From NCBI GenBank assembly GCA_964016885.1, contig OZ024741.1, positions 201,314,001 through 201,378,000 of the forward strand: a stretch of 64,000 nt of DNA, read 5' to 3'. Below, piece after piece: positions 11,861 to 24,264 of the stretch. The notes beneath the pieces were generated by a model. The model saw only the letters and a program-made list of their open reading frames with translations. It made no database searches and was not told the DNA's origin. Numbering within the stretch: the first letter of the stretch is position 1; every line of letters begins with the position of its first letter. The position numbers and the translations under genes are program-made. Origin of the DNA: Eledone cirrhosa. Its lineage: Eukaryota.

Positions 11861-12167
11861 ATATACGTCTGTAGTTTGAGAGATGGAAAAATTGAGAGAG
11901 GGCGCTTGCCCTGGTGGTCAGGGTGGCCGTGGTCTTTTGTGTGGTTTTCGCCACGAGTAACCCTCGGAGGTTTCCCACCTATTGGAGAATTTTTCATTGT
12001 TTCAATTTTCATTTTTATTGTTTATATATATATATATGTTTCTATGTCCTTTTTTTCTTTTCTTATATAAATAATAAAAATATTTACACGCACAAAACCC
12101 ACATCGTACCGTCCTGTGCCGTCTGTAATGTTTTTCTTGATGTCAGCCCTTGTGGCCAATAAAGAAA

Positions 12168-12210
<43 letters not shown>

Positions 12211-12211
<1 letters not shown>

Positions 12212-12397
12212 AGGGCGGTGGATTGGCAGTATCGGTAGAGAGTCGGACGCAATGCTTTCCAGCATAGTTACGTCCCTTTACGATCTGAGTTCAAATCCCG
12301 CCGAAATTCACTTTGCCTTTCATTCTTACGGGGTCGATAAAACAAGGTACCAGTAATGCACTGGAAAATTGCTGGCCTTGTACCAAAAGTACAAACA

Positions 12398-12398
<1 letters not shown>
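12211..12398 (+). mobile_element. SINE family A, full length
   Basis: Same consensus as 1611, flanked by (ATT)n on both sides. Confidence 0.9.
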
Positions 12399-12445
<47 letters not shown>

Positions 12446-12447
<2 letters not shown>

Positions 12448-12635
12448 GGGCGGTGGATTGGCAGTATCGGTAGAGGGTCGGACGCCATGCTTTGATGCAT
12501 AGAGTTACGGGCATTTCCAATCTGAGTTCAAATCCCGCCGAAGTTAACTTTGCCTTTCATCCTTCCGGGGTCGATAAAATAAAGTACCAGTAATGCACTG
12601 AGTAATTGCTGGCCTTGTGCCAAAAGTAGAAACAA
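12446..12635 (+). mobile_element. SINE family A, full length
   Basis: Same consensus, with (ATT)n flanks. Confidence 0.9.
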
Positions 12636-12663
12636 TTATTATTATTATTATTATTATTATTAT

Positions 12664-13762
12664 AGACGAAACCGTCCTGCACGTACTCGTTCAGTGCCCC
12701 AGGATTGCTGACTTGTGGAGCTATGTCGAACAGTTGCTATCACGTGTAGGACGGATCTGGTTATCGACTGAGTCCATTGTGCAGATAGCCCCACCATCCT
12801 CCTTTACAGAGAGGAAGGGCAGGCAGTTTTCATCTGCCTGGTGGCCATGGCGAAAGAGATTGTGTGGTGGACAAGGTTGAAAAGGTTGAAGACGGACACT
12901 TTCCTCTCCGGCCAATCCCTGATTACTTAATTCACCTGTTCGGAAAACTGCTAGATTTCAACTATCAACTTTTCTCACTTGCTAATTTTGAAAAGAAACG
13001 CTACGTGCAATAATCTGTTTCCTGTTAAGTAAATACGTTACAATACGTGTTCATAGCAACGCTAAGTAAGACAATGAAATCACATTTTAAATACCGGGTA
13101 TGCATTTCTATGGATTTTAATGACGGATGGTTCCGTCAGATAGAAAAAAACGTAAACACTACGAAGTTTTAGTAAAAAATTTAAAATCAAGAAATATATG
13201 TATAAGAAGGTAGATATATGAAATTATTATGTTAAATAATAAAAAATATTAACAAAGTTATTTTTATAAATACCCATCGTTGATTAAGTCTATGAAAAAT
13301 CATTGGTCAGTCTGATGTCGATCGGATAGGTCGCACCCCAAAAATTTATACTTATTTATGGTTAAAAAGTGCGACCTATACGCGAGTATATTCGGTAACT
13401 TTTTCAAGTTTCACTTGAAGAGGAAAATCAGGGTGGAGAGGCAAGTGTTGTCTTCTAGTAAGTTTAATGAAAGGTGGGTGAAAGTGGCGAGTCTGGTCCG
13501 AGTAAACGGACCCGCTCTGAGTATGCGCCTGTAGACTGAGGAGTGGGAAAACTGAGAGAGGGAGATTGCCTTGGTGGTCAGGGTGGCCGTGGTCTTTTGT
13601 GTGGTTTTCGCTACGAGTGACCCTCGGAGATTTCCCCCTTTTTCGGGAATTTTTGTTGTTTGGATTTTTTTTATTTCTATCTTGTTATAATCTTTTTACA
13701 CGGGCAAAACCCACTTTGTATCGTCCTGTACCGTTCTGTGCCGTCTGAATGTTTTTCTTCAT
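12664..13762 (+). mobile_element. 5'-truncated Tx1 fragment (ORF2 C-terminus and 3' UTR), split by a DNA-transposon piece
   Basis: 12664-12925 matches 11548-11803. 13397-13762 continues the match and contains the ORF2 end that copy 1 lacks. Confidence 0.88.
12926..13395. mobile_element. Tc1/mariner-superfamily (pogo/Tigger-like) non-autonomous fragment inserted at TA
   Basis: It interrupts Tx1 at GATTA|ACTTTTT with TA on both sides. The right end is TGCGACCTATACGCGAGTATATTCGG-TA, and there is an internal inverted TAGGTCGCA. Only one terminus is recognisable. Confidence 0.55.
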
Positions 13763-14149
13763 GTTAGCAATAATGGCCCGTGTAAGTGGGCCATCTCTCT
13801 ATATCGGCTTGTACAGGTAAGAGAAGAAGAGAGCACCCCCCTCTCTCTGTACTCCCTGGCAGAAAGGTCGCACACTTTCTACGGGGGTGTGTGTGACCCC
13901 AAAAGGCTAATAAATCGCAAAAAAACAAACAAACAAAAAAGGGGCAAATAAAGAAATCTATGCCCCAGTGGCAAATAAATCGCAAAAAAAATAAATAAAT
14001 AAATCTATATTTCTTTTAACGGCTAAAAAAAGGGGGAATGTAAATTTGTTGGAATAGCCTCATACATTGAAGTAAGCAGCAACTACAGCAAGTAAGCGGC
14101 ATTTAGACAGCTAAAATTGGATATCGCCGTAGAGAGAGAACTCGTCAGA

Positions 14150-14400
14150 GGATATGTACTGTTCCTAGTAGCCCGATCTTCTGTAGCTCTTATTTGATGA
14201 TCTTGCAGGAAAGGACACTAAGGTGGGGGTCTGAGGATTTCGGTATTAATCCTAATGCTTCTACCGCCACAGGGATGGTGGTTATGGTCATCCTCCACAT
14301 GCGGTTGATCTCTATTTCTAGGTCTTTGTATTTTGACTGTGTTTCCATTGTTTTTATAAATGTACTAGCTGAGGTGCCCAGCTTCGCCTGGGGGAATAGT
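14150..14400 (-). mobile_element. R4/Dong-like restriction-like endonuclease C-terminal relic
   Basis: The minus strand reads KYKDLEIEINRMW...IPVAVEALGLIP. Confidence 0.6.
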
Positions 14401-14482
14401 TAAGAGAAGACGGATAAAAGAGAAAACCATTGTATTGGATGTGTTGTCTGGTTTACAGTATGAGGTGAGACCGTAATGTGTG

Positions 14483-14493
14483 TGAGAGAGAGA

Positions 14494-14583
<90 letters not shown>
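14483..14583. repeat. (GA)n microsatellite
   Basis: Direct. Confidence 0.95.
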
Positions 14584-14586
<3 letters not shown>

Positions 14587-15358
14587 ATCATAAAACGTCC
14601 TTATTAGGCTGGGGGAGTAAACTGCCGATTAAATGGTAGCATTGACCTTGGATTTTAAATGTGAAATAAGCATAGTCAGTGTGATCTTTTTTAACTCCAA
14701 AGACGTCTCTGAAACACAGCAACATAAACATAACATTGCTTCATTGCAACAACAGAAACATAACATTGCTTCTGAAGTGTTTAGCTTCGTAAGTACGGTC
14801 TGTAAGCAGTATATGGATAAAAGCTGGAGGGTCCTCTATCAGCAGAAGTATGGCCTTTCCTCCTAAGCAACACATGCCAAGTGTAATATCCATGCTACCA
14901 ATTGCGACTTTAGAATCATTTCTATAATTCTTGGATGGATTATATGAAAACGCAGCTCTTACCCAGTTTATTCTGCCTTGAAGAGTCTTTTGTACTCGTC
15001 GAGTTTGCATCGCAGCTGTTATTGCCTCTTGGTGATTTTCATATTGAACCTCTGTTTATTGCGATAGTCTTTCTTCTTGCCTTAATCTTTCTGTTTCCTG
15101 TCTCAGGTTCTGTACACTTTCAGAAAGTTACGATCGTCTTTCTTGTTGTCTTAACCTTTCTGTTTCCCGTCTCATATTCTGAATTAGGTCAATAATAACA
15201 TGACACTATCTTCAAAAATCTAAATTAATATACACCGTAGATAAATTTCAAATAGTATCAATTTAGTATCAAATAGACTGGTGTAAAACGACTTTATAAA
15301 AGCTAACGCAATAATGTTAAACATTCAACTGATACTTTGATCTATAGTGTAAGACGAT

Positions 15359-15455
<97 letters not shown>

Positions 15456-15548
15456 ATGTATGTAAAAGGTAAACAGAAATAACAACACAATCGGTACAGT
15501 ATATGGAAGGGATATATTAGGTTAACGCTTGATATAGCAGGAAGAGGG

Positions 15549-15583
15549 CCTTAACGTTTCGGACGCTAGTCCTTCATCAGAAG
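15549..15583 (-). ncRNA. Minimal type I hammerhead ribozyme motif
   Basis: Minus strand: ctt-CTGATGA-aggac tagc gtcc-GAAA-cgt-TA-agg. Confidence 0.7.
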
Positions 15584-16277
15584 AAAGAATGAGAAATAAG
15601 ATAGATTGAGGGAACGGGCGGGATGGAATTGGAAAAAATGTCTTTAGATAAAAATAACAGGTCCATTCATGTTGTCATCTCTTGCAAAACTGTTGATGTG
15701 TGTGTTCGTTATGTCAGTCGTCACAGAAATGTATGTATACTCACACACACATACACTCACACGCATATACTTGACAGTCAACATATATGTACATATATGT
15801 ATAGGTGTGTTTGTGTGTTTAGTTCTCTGTGCATCTGATTAAATATTTTCGTGAAGATAATGTGTATGCAACTTACTAAGGCCTAACATACATAACGAAC
15901 GCGCAAACACACACACAGACACATACACTCTCATATACAAAATGTGACGTCGTCGAGATCGTATTATAAAATTTTGTTTACTTATAGTTGACTATAGAAA
16001 GATTTTAGATAAAATGTTGTATTGTTTTAATCCAAATGAAAATAAAAGATACATGCTGTTAATCCCGGGGTTTAATACTATTTCCTTGTAAAATTTCATT
16101 TGATTTGGTCGAGCCGTTTGAGAATGCACGAGAAAAAGACAGACAGACAGAGAGAGACAAAGAATTTTATAGAGAGAGAGAGGTTCTTGTCAGCTGGTAC
16201 GGAAATATCTATAAGGCTACATGTCCGATCTGTTTTTATTATGATATCTGGTCTGTTGGCAGCGATTTCTCGGTCGG

Positions 16278-19200
16278 TTAAAGCCTTCTGTCCTCAGCTC
16301 AAAAATGCAGGGGTTCGCAAAACTCCTTTGCTGCCAACGCCTGTGTCAACACGGAAAGCTGCACCACCCCCACCGCCAATAACAACAACACCAACAATGA
16401 CACGAGCAACCCCACCAACAGCAAAACAGCCGGACCACAACCAACACCGAAACCAACCCAAGGGGAAAACGAGGAATGCTCTCCCACTCCCCCTACCCCT
16501 CAAATTATACACATGAACAAAACCATAAATGCACACACAGATACAGATACACTCACAGCCACAAACCCTTTGCCCTCCAGTGGTGAAGATGAAGGAAAAC
16601 CCAAAATTGCCAAAAACAAAAGAGAAAACTCACAAAATACTAAAAGCATACACAACAAAAAAATACAGACACTACCAACGCAAACACTTCCCCAATAATA
16701 TCAACATCAACACCACCCTCACAATCCCCCAAACGCAAACAACCTAAACAAACACAAAAAAACAAATAAACACAGACACCTGAAATTGCAGACACTACAC
16801 CTACAACAAACACAGACACACCCAAAACAACACCATCACCACCAGTCACCGAAACGAAAACAAAAACCACACCAACAAAACATTAAAAACTTCTTCCTTG
16901 TCAGAAGGGCCAACGATAAATTGATGGCCCTCTTAGCACGAAGCGAAGACATTCAAACAGAGGGGGAGATCTTTGAATTGAGCACATTTTGCGTGCCAGA
17001 AGAATTGTTTCTGGTGCGAATGTCGTTCGATTCCTACAAAGAAATTCGAGAGGGCTTTCCTCAGGACGTGAGAACCCCGAACGTGAAACCCACATCGAGA
17101 CTTTAAAGGGGTTCCCAAAAGAAACTCCACCAACCATGGAGGTCGAACCACCCGACCTTCACAAGACCCCAGGAGGTAAGTAAACCTCCCCTCTCTATTT
17201 TAGCTTGCTAACATGGCCATATTAAGAGTAGGAAGCTTAACTGTTAATGGCCTGGGGTCACCCTGGAAGCAGGGTCGACTGCGCAACGACCTCAGGTCTC
17301 TGGAAATGGATGTGATTGCCGTCAGCGAGACCAGGATTTCCAACACTCGCGCACTAAACCCCATTTTCGACGACTATCAGATCTTCGCATCTGTTAGCAA
17401 GTCGGTAGTGGGAGGCGGGGTAGCAGCACTGTTTAGGAAAGGCCTGGATCTCGAGGTAAGGTCGATATTCCGGGACCCAAACGGTAAGTTGGTGGTCCTG
17501 GATGTGAACAATAGCAAAGGTGGTGCCTTTAGACTGCTGGCCGTCTACGCCCCTGCCGGGGCCGGACGACCGGACTTCTTTAGGCACCTGGAAGCCTTTC
17601 TGGGTACGTCTCGCTCTTTACTGCTAGCGGGGGACTGAAACAGAATCTTAGACGCACGCTGGGATTGTGTGGGAGTAGATGATAGGAACGGGGGATGCAA
17701 AAGCCTCAAGGACCTAATCAGCCAGTTCCAAATGTCTGACAGGTACCGACTAGATTTCCCCAATGCGCCAGTGTGGATGTGGATCAACCACATAGGGTCA
17801 TCTAGATCGTATATAGACAGGATCTTCATTAGGAAAATAGATAGAAATAGTGTAGGCTGCCCACTTTTTAAAACGGTCGCCTATTCAGATCACAAATTTG
17901 TGATCTGTATAGTCGACCTAGATAAAACTCGTAGGTTAGGACCTAGTTACTGGAAGCTGAATATGTCATTTCCGGCACGTAAGGCTTACAGGGATCGGGT
18001 CAACAATTTAGTTAAGCAAAGGTTGACAGGGGGATCGTCAACAACAGATAGTGGGGGGGGGGGGGCTCTCAAAAGAGAGATTAGAGTAACTTTGATAGTG
18101 TTAAGCAAATATGCAGCGTTAGAGAAAAATAGAAAGGAGGGGGTGCTGGTAGATAAATTAGACAAGGTTATTTGTAATGGCATTGCAATGGACGTGCTAG
18201 CGGTGAGAATGGCATAGACCATTTCTTCAATACGAAACACGAAGGTTGCATTGTCAGAGCTAAGGCGCGTGCTCTGAGAAACGAGGGGACCAAAGCTGTT
18301 CGATGGGCCCGCGTGGCGGACCGAGACGGACACGAGATAAGCGATTCCAGGTGGATGTGTGAAGCCTTTCGCCAGCACTTTGCTTGGTTGTTCAGGGAGA
18401 GTGGTGGGTCAGAGACGGTGGCGGACTTCAGTCCCTACCTTGACGGCTTGCCGCGCATCTCGACGGTCGAGGCTGAGCGCTGCGAAAGGCCAATTACTTC
18501 AGCCGAAATTCAGGACGCCCTTGTCGGCTGCACGAGACACAAGTCACTCGGTTTGGATGGCCTGCCCTACGAGCTTTACGTAAATATGCCAGACTTATTC
18601 TCCAAACTCCTCGAATCGCTCTACTGCAACTGGCAGCAGAATGGGAGTATTCCCAGTTCTGTGAGCAGGGAGTAGTGACGCTGATAAGGAAAGATGAGAA
18701 CAAGAGGGATACATTAGACAACTTCAGGCCTATAACTCTGCTCAACACAGAGTTTAAGATTTTCGCCAGGGTGTTAGCAAAGAGATTGGCGCTTGTCGTT
18801 GAGGATTTGGTTGGGAAGGCGCAAACTTGTGCAATCCCAACCAGGTCCATACATGACAGCCTCCACCTCATGCGATACATCATAGAGAGTGTAGGGTGTA
18901 AACCTGGCTTCGGTGGGGCACTGATCAATTTAGATCAATCGAAAGCATTCGATAGGGTCGACCATCGGTATCTGGAGGCTGTCCTCAAAGCAGCTGGTTT
19001 CGGCCCTGTCTCAGAAGCTGGATCGCTGCAATGCACATCGGCATCTGCTCGGTGGTCAAGGTTAATGGCCACCTCTCGAAACCGTTTCAGGTCTCCCGAT
19101 CAGTCTGTCAAGGGTGCCCTCTCTTTTCCATTCTGTACGTATTGACTCTCGAGCCTTTACTGCGGAAGCTGGAGCTGTTGCAGGGCGTCCCGTTCGAACC

Positions 19201-20215
19201 GGGACGCGGTAATGCTGTGTCGGCTTATGCGGACATCACCGTGACGGTGTCGGACACCTCGCAAATCGAGGTGATCAGCACCTTATTGAATGGCTCTTCA
19301 AATTCTTGTGGAGAGGACAAGTCCCGTTGGTGAGGCGCTCCATCTGCTACCAGCACCCTCTACGCGGTGGGCTAGGCTTGCCGGCCGTGGCTAATTATGC
19401 GCAGACATGCGCTGAGGCTGTGACATCTCCAGATATTCTGCCTAAACGGTAAACAGGTGTAGTCGCCGTTTATCAGACGGGCCTTTCCGCAGCTCGTCTC
19501 TTTGACTGAGCTGCAGTCCTGGGTCAAGAAGAGACCGAGACTGGGTGACTGGTACTTGGAATGTTGCCAGGCACTCACTTCCCTCTACCAAGCGGGCAAT
19601 GCGATCAGTGGAACTTCCACACTCGAGTTCTATAGAGGATTAGTGGCCGAGTCCATAGTGAAGATCGACCTGCCGCTTTGCTTTGGCCAGGAAGGGCAGG
19701 CAATTTTCCTCTGTCTGGTGGCAGTTGCGAAAGAGGTTATATGGTGGACCAGATTGAAAGGACTGAAGATAGACACTTTTCTCTTCGGCCAATCCCTCAT
19801 CAACTTCTTCAAGTTTCACCTGGAAAGGAAGGTGAGGGTGGAGAGATAAGCCCCCCCCCCCCCCCCCAGTACATTTGCTAAAAGATGGATGAATGTGGCG
19901 AGAATGGCCCGTGTGAGTGGGCCTACTCTGACCATGCACCTATAGGACGGCTAATTTGAGGAGGAGAAGCGTGCTCTTCCCGGGTGCCCTTGAAGCGCAG
20001 AGTGGCTCAGGATTGGTGGGGTACCTAAGTCACCCCTGGGTTGTATTGGGGAATTTATTTTGTTATATTTATGCATAGTTTATTTTATATATTTTTATAT
20101 CTTCATTGTTAAATTAGTCTTGCCATTGTGCACCTTTACTCGAGCTTATTGTAAACACCAACTGTCCGTGTCTTTGTACTGTCCCCTGCATGTCGGCCCT
20201 TGTGGCCCATAAATG
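16278..20215 (+). mobile_element. Tx1/L1-group LINE, copy 2 (divergent subfamily, 5'-truncated within ORF1)
   Basis: KAFCPQ knuckle remnant, ORF1 end at 17183 and ORF2 from 17213 (MAILRVGSLTVNGLGS, LDQSKAFDRVDH, QGCPL). The 3' end GTCGGCCCTTGTGGCCCATAAA resembles copy 1. Confidence 0.9.
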
Positions 20216-20597
20216 AAGGTGGATTGGTAGTATCGGTAGAGGGTCGGACGCCATGCTTTCTAGCATAGTTACGTCCCTTTACGATCTGAGTTCAAATCCC
20301 GCCGAGGTTGACTTTGCCTTTCATCCTTACGGGGTCGATAAAATAAAGTACCAGTGAGGCACTGGGTAGTTGCTGGCCTTGTGCCTAAAGTAGAAACAAT
20401 TATTATTATAAGGGGCGGTGGATTGGCAGTATCGGTAGAGGGTCGGACGCCATGCTTTCCAGCATAGCTACGTCCCTTTACGATCTGAGTTCAAATCCCG
20501 CCGAGGTTGACTTTGCCTTTCATCCTTACGGGGTCGATAAAATAAAGTACCAGTAATGCACTGGGTTATTGCTGGCCTTGTTCCTAAAGTAGAAACA

Positions 20598-20598
<1 letters not shown>
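20216..20598 (+). mobile_element. Two tandem SINE family A copies (20216-20399, 20410-20598)
   Basis: Consensus match. The copies are separated and followed by (ATT)n. Confidence 0.9.
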
Positions 20599-20630
<32 letters not shown>

Positions 20631-20631
<1 letters not shown>

Positions 20632-20845
20632 GGGTCAATGTGGCTTTTTTAGTGGGCTTTCTCCACGAATGTCCCTCGGAAGTCTCCCCCCTCCCCTATT
20701 GGAGAATTTTCCATTGTTTCCTTTTTCGTTACATCCTCTGTTTTTGTTTTTTTACACCCAGAAATACCCATTTGTACCGTCCTGTATTGTCCTGTGCTGT
20801 CCTTAATGTTATACTTTATGTCAACCCTTGTGGTTAATAAAGAAA
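20631..20845 (+). mobile_element. Tx1 3' UTR fragment
   Basis: Matches 11920-12167 (CCTATTGGAGAATTTT...GTCAACCCTTGTGGTTAATAAAGAAA). Confidence 0.8.
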
Positions 20846-20875
20846 GTGTTGTTGTTGTTGTTGTCGTCGTCGTCG

Positions 20876-20930
<55 letters not shown>

Positions 20931-20951
20931 CGTCGTCGTCGTCGTCGTCGT
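20846..20951. repeat. (GTT)n/(GTC)n trinucleotide tract
   Basis: Direct. Confidence 0.95.
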
Positions 20952-20989
20952 CTTAGTCATTGGTGTTATTTAACTGGAAAGTTTGTTCA

Positions 20990-21560
20990 AATGAACATCA
21001 AGCCGCTACCTGCAGCCTCAGATATTTAGTACGTATCGGAGGGTTCTTGCTATTCACAGCAAGCAGTCTTTTGAAGTGTTCCAAACAACGGGACTGGACT
21101 AATTTTCTTTAACCATCCTTGAAAATTCTTCGGGATAGTTCTTAGTGCTCCTATGACAATCGAGGCGAGATTAATCTCATGACAATCCGAAATCCTTTTT
21201 AATTCTCATTCTAAATCCTGGTATCGCTTAATGTTCTCCTCCTTTTCTTGCACCTTTGTGTCAAAGGGGCAGACTACATCTACAATCAGGCACGATCTTT
21301 TTCCCTTGTCAAAAACCACAAGTTCAGGCCTATTGTGTTCTAATTTCTTGTGTGTCTGTATCCTGAAATCCCATATCACCTTCACTTGCTCGTTTTCTAT
21401 CAGCGACTCTGGCTTATGCTCATACCACTTCTCAAAATGTGGTAAATTATTTAGTTTCCATAAATGCCAGTGAATCACCTTTCCTATTATATCGTGCTTC
21501 CATCCTTTGTAATGAGTCTGGGCTAGGTGTTTCTACTCGGATACGATGTGAGCCACATTC

Positions 21561-21631
<71 letters not shown>

Positions 21632-23050
21632 CAGATCCTACACAGTGTGTTAATATGGTGTTTCATCCACTTCGTTCTGAGGGCTTGCCATTAACATTCC
21701 TTCTGTAGTTTTTTTTTAAGGTGTCCGTTTTTTAACCAGTTCCATGTCTGTGGATCACTGAATTCTGTTTTCTTGAAAAACGTGCAATGAATGGATTTTT
21801 CATGAAGGTTGCTCTTCTGCTTTGTTGTTAATTCCTCCTTGGACATCCCCTGGTCTTCTTCAGTACATCTTTGAATATCGGCTCTCAGACACATATTTGT
21901 ACAGACATCTCTTCTCTATCTGAACACAGTCCTCTATGCTGCTAAGACCTCTTCCACCTTCAGATCTCTTTAAGTAGAGTCTATGAACATCGCTTTTTTG
22001 TGAAACATGCTGTAGGTAGTCATTAGCGTCCTAGTCTTTCTATCCATTTCTTTTTGTTCAGGAACATTTCATTTGAGGATTCCCGCACTGTACCTAACTG
22101 GTCTTTTGTACCACGGGACTACTTTCGGCATCCTTTCTGTTCGTCTGGTAACAAGTTGTTTATGTGCAGGTGATAGTAGATTTCCTCAGACACAATACTT
22201 CTTAGCAGTTTTCACATTACGGACAGACATGTGATAGGCTTATTGGTAACCTCATTACCCTTGATTCGATCTTTCATTACCAGAACTGTGATACCTTTTG
22301 TCAACCACTCTGGTACTTCACCCAACACCAAGCAGTCATTGAACATGACTGTCAGTTTTGGGTGGAGGGATGTTATAATTTTTGTCCAATATCCTTGCAC
22401 ACCATCAGGGCCTCGTGGTTTCCAGTTGGTTAGTTTATTGTTCTGCTTTTTCAGAGATACACAAATCAGGTTGTTGGTGTGCTTGTTCACTAATCTCCTT
22501 TTTAACTGTCTCAATCCACACTGCCAGACTATTATGTTCAAAATGCCTTAATCTGTTCAGCTTCAGGGATCACGTCGTTACCTCTTTCTTTCCCTTCAAG
22601 TTGCTCAAATAACATCTTCTGGTTGTTGTCAAACATGCGGTTCTGTCTATACTGACTAACTCTATTCTCATATCGTTCAATCTTTGCGCTTTTTGCTACA
22701 ATGCATTGCTTAAATTCCTCTATGATAACATTTAGCTCTTTTCCCTTAGTGTTGTATTATATTTTCAATCTATCTTTAGTGTCTATGTTTTGTAATGTCC
22801 CATTTAGTAAAGACTCAAGCTTTCCAATGTCTTTTCTCATTTCCTTGATTTGACCTTTCAGTCGTGTCTTCCACCAAGGCTCTGTTCTTTCTTATTTGTT
22901 GTTTCCTCTCGTTTTTATACCAAGTAATTTTTTCACATTTGCGGTTGCTTTGAGGATATTGTTGCATTGGTGAAGGTTCTTTGCCTCAAGGTATGGGATG
23001 ACCCTGTTCACTATTTTACATTCATTAACCGTCAAACTGTCTCTATCATC
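20990..23050 (-). mobile_element. R4/Dong-clade non-LTR retrotransposon relic (RT plus restriction-like endonuclease)
   Basis: NWKPRGPDGVQGYW, VPEWLTKGITVLV, IHWHL..WYEHKPE..ENEQVKVIWDFRIQT...HNRPELVV..IVDVVCPFD. Confidence 0.85.
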
Positions 23051-23172
23051 ATCTGAAGATGGAAGAGTATGTCTTTATATGTATATGTGTGTATATACAT
23101 GCGTGTGTGTTGTGTGTATATATATATGTGTATGCATATAAGTGTGTATGTATATATGTGTGTGTGTATACC

Positions 23173-23220
<48 letters not shown>

Positions 23221-23720
23221 GTTGTGTGTTGGGTCTATATATACATATATACCTATATATACATATATACATATATATATGTGTGGTTGTGTGTTGGGTC
23301 TATATATGTACGCGTGTTTACGTGTGTATGTATATATAGATCTATATGTATGTCTGTATGTGTATACATAGATGTGTGTGTATATACGCATATATACACA
23401 TGGGGGGTCTCCCTATATTTGTACATATGAGTGCTTATGTACAGCGTATGCACCTAGATTAGGAACCTGTGTACTGATCTGGGATGTGTGTATGTGTGTG
23501 TGTGTGTGTGTGTGTACCTATATATACATACTACATTGCCTGATTGATAACACCTATATGTCTGTGTATATGGGCGCACTTCCATACATGTGTGTGTGGG
23601 GACGATCCCAGATCACATAGTATGAGAATGTGTGTGCGAGAGAACCCCTGTTATCTAATTAGCCTGCCACTATTAATTCTAATACAATCACTGATAGAAA
23701 TACTATTATTATTATTACCT

Positions 23721-23957
23721 AAGGGCGGTGGATTGGCAGTATCGGTAGAGGGTCGGACGCCATGCTTTCCAGCATAGTTACGTCCCTTTACGATCTGAGT
23801 TCAAATCCCGCCGAGGTTGACTTTGCCTATCATCCTTACGGGGTCGATAAAATAAAATACCAGTAATGCACTTTAGGCACAAGGCCAGCAATTACCCAGT
23901 GCATTACTGGTACTTTATTTTATCGACCCCGTAAGGATGAAAGACAAAGTCAACCTC
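23721..23957 (+). mobile_element. SINE family A (23721-23872) fused to an inverted partial copy (23872-23957)
   Basis: Consensus match. The second part is the reverse complement of the SINE 3' half. Confidence 0.85.
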
Positions 23958-24264
23958 GTTTCATCACTTTATTATTTTTTTCCTCTCTTTGTATATATAT
24001 ATGAACACACCCCATACGTTCTTCTTTCATAGAGATTACCTTCAGTCTGGCACTTATACCTATACACATACGTAAAACAATCATCATATTTATGCACAGG
24101 CCTAAATCTTATAACAATTCTTTAATGTTCTAATCATGATTTACTTTTACTATTATTAATAAGCTTTGTCAGTAATGCACTGGGTAATTGCTGGCCTTGT
24201 GCCTAAAGTAGAAACAATTATTAATAAGCTTTGTCATTTTTGTTTAATAATTTTATTTACTGTT

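Larger units (their letters stand above)
6940..12170 (+). mobile_element. Near full-length Tx1/L1-group non-LTR retrotransposon (copy 1)
   Basis: ORF1 with a CCHC knuckle, ORF2 with APE, RT and a C-terminal Cys/His motif, and a 3' UTR ending AATAAAGAAATC followed by (ATT)n. The 5' boundary is approximate. Confidence 0.9.

Noticed and set aside
12211-12310. A/B boxes as bona fide tRNA genes
   Set aside because: There is no cloverleaf or acceptor stem, and the boxes continue into a repeated SINE body and tail.
14640-15200. Non-repetitive stretch with short ORFs on both strands
   Set aside because: No recognisable protein motif or convincing splice signals. It is left unannotated.
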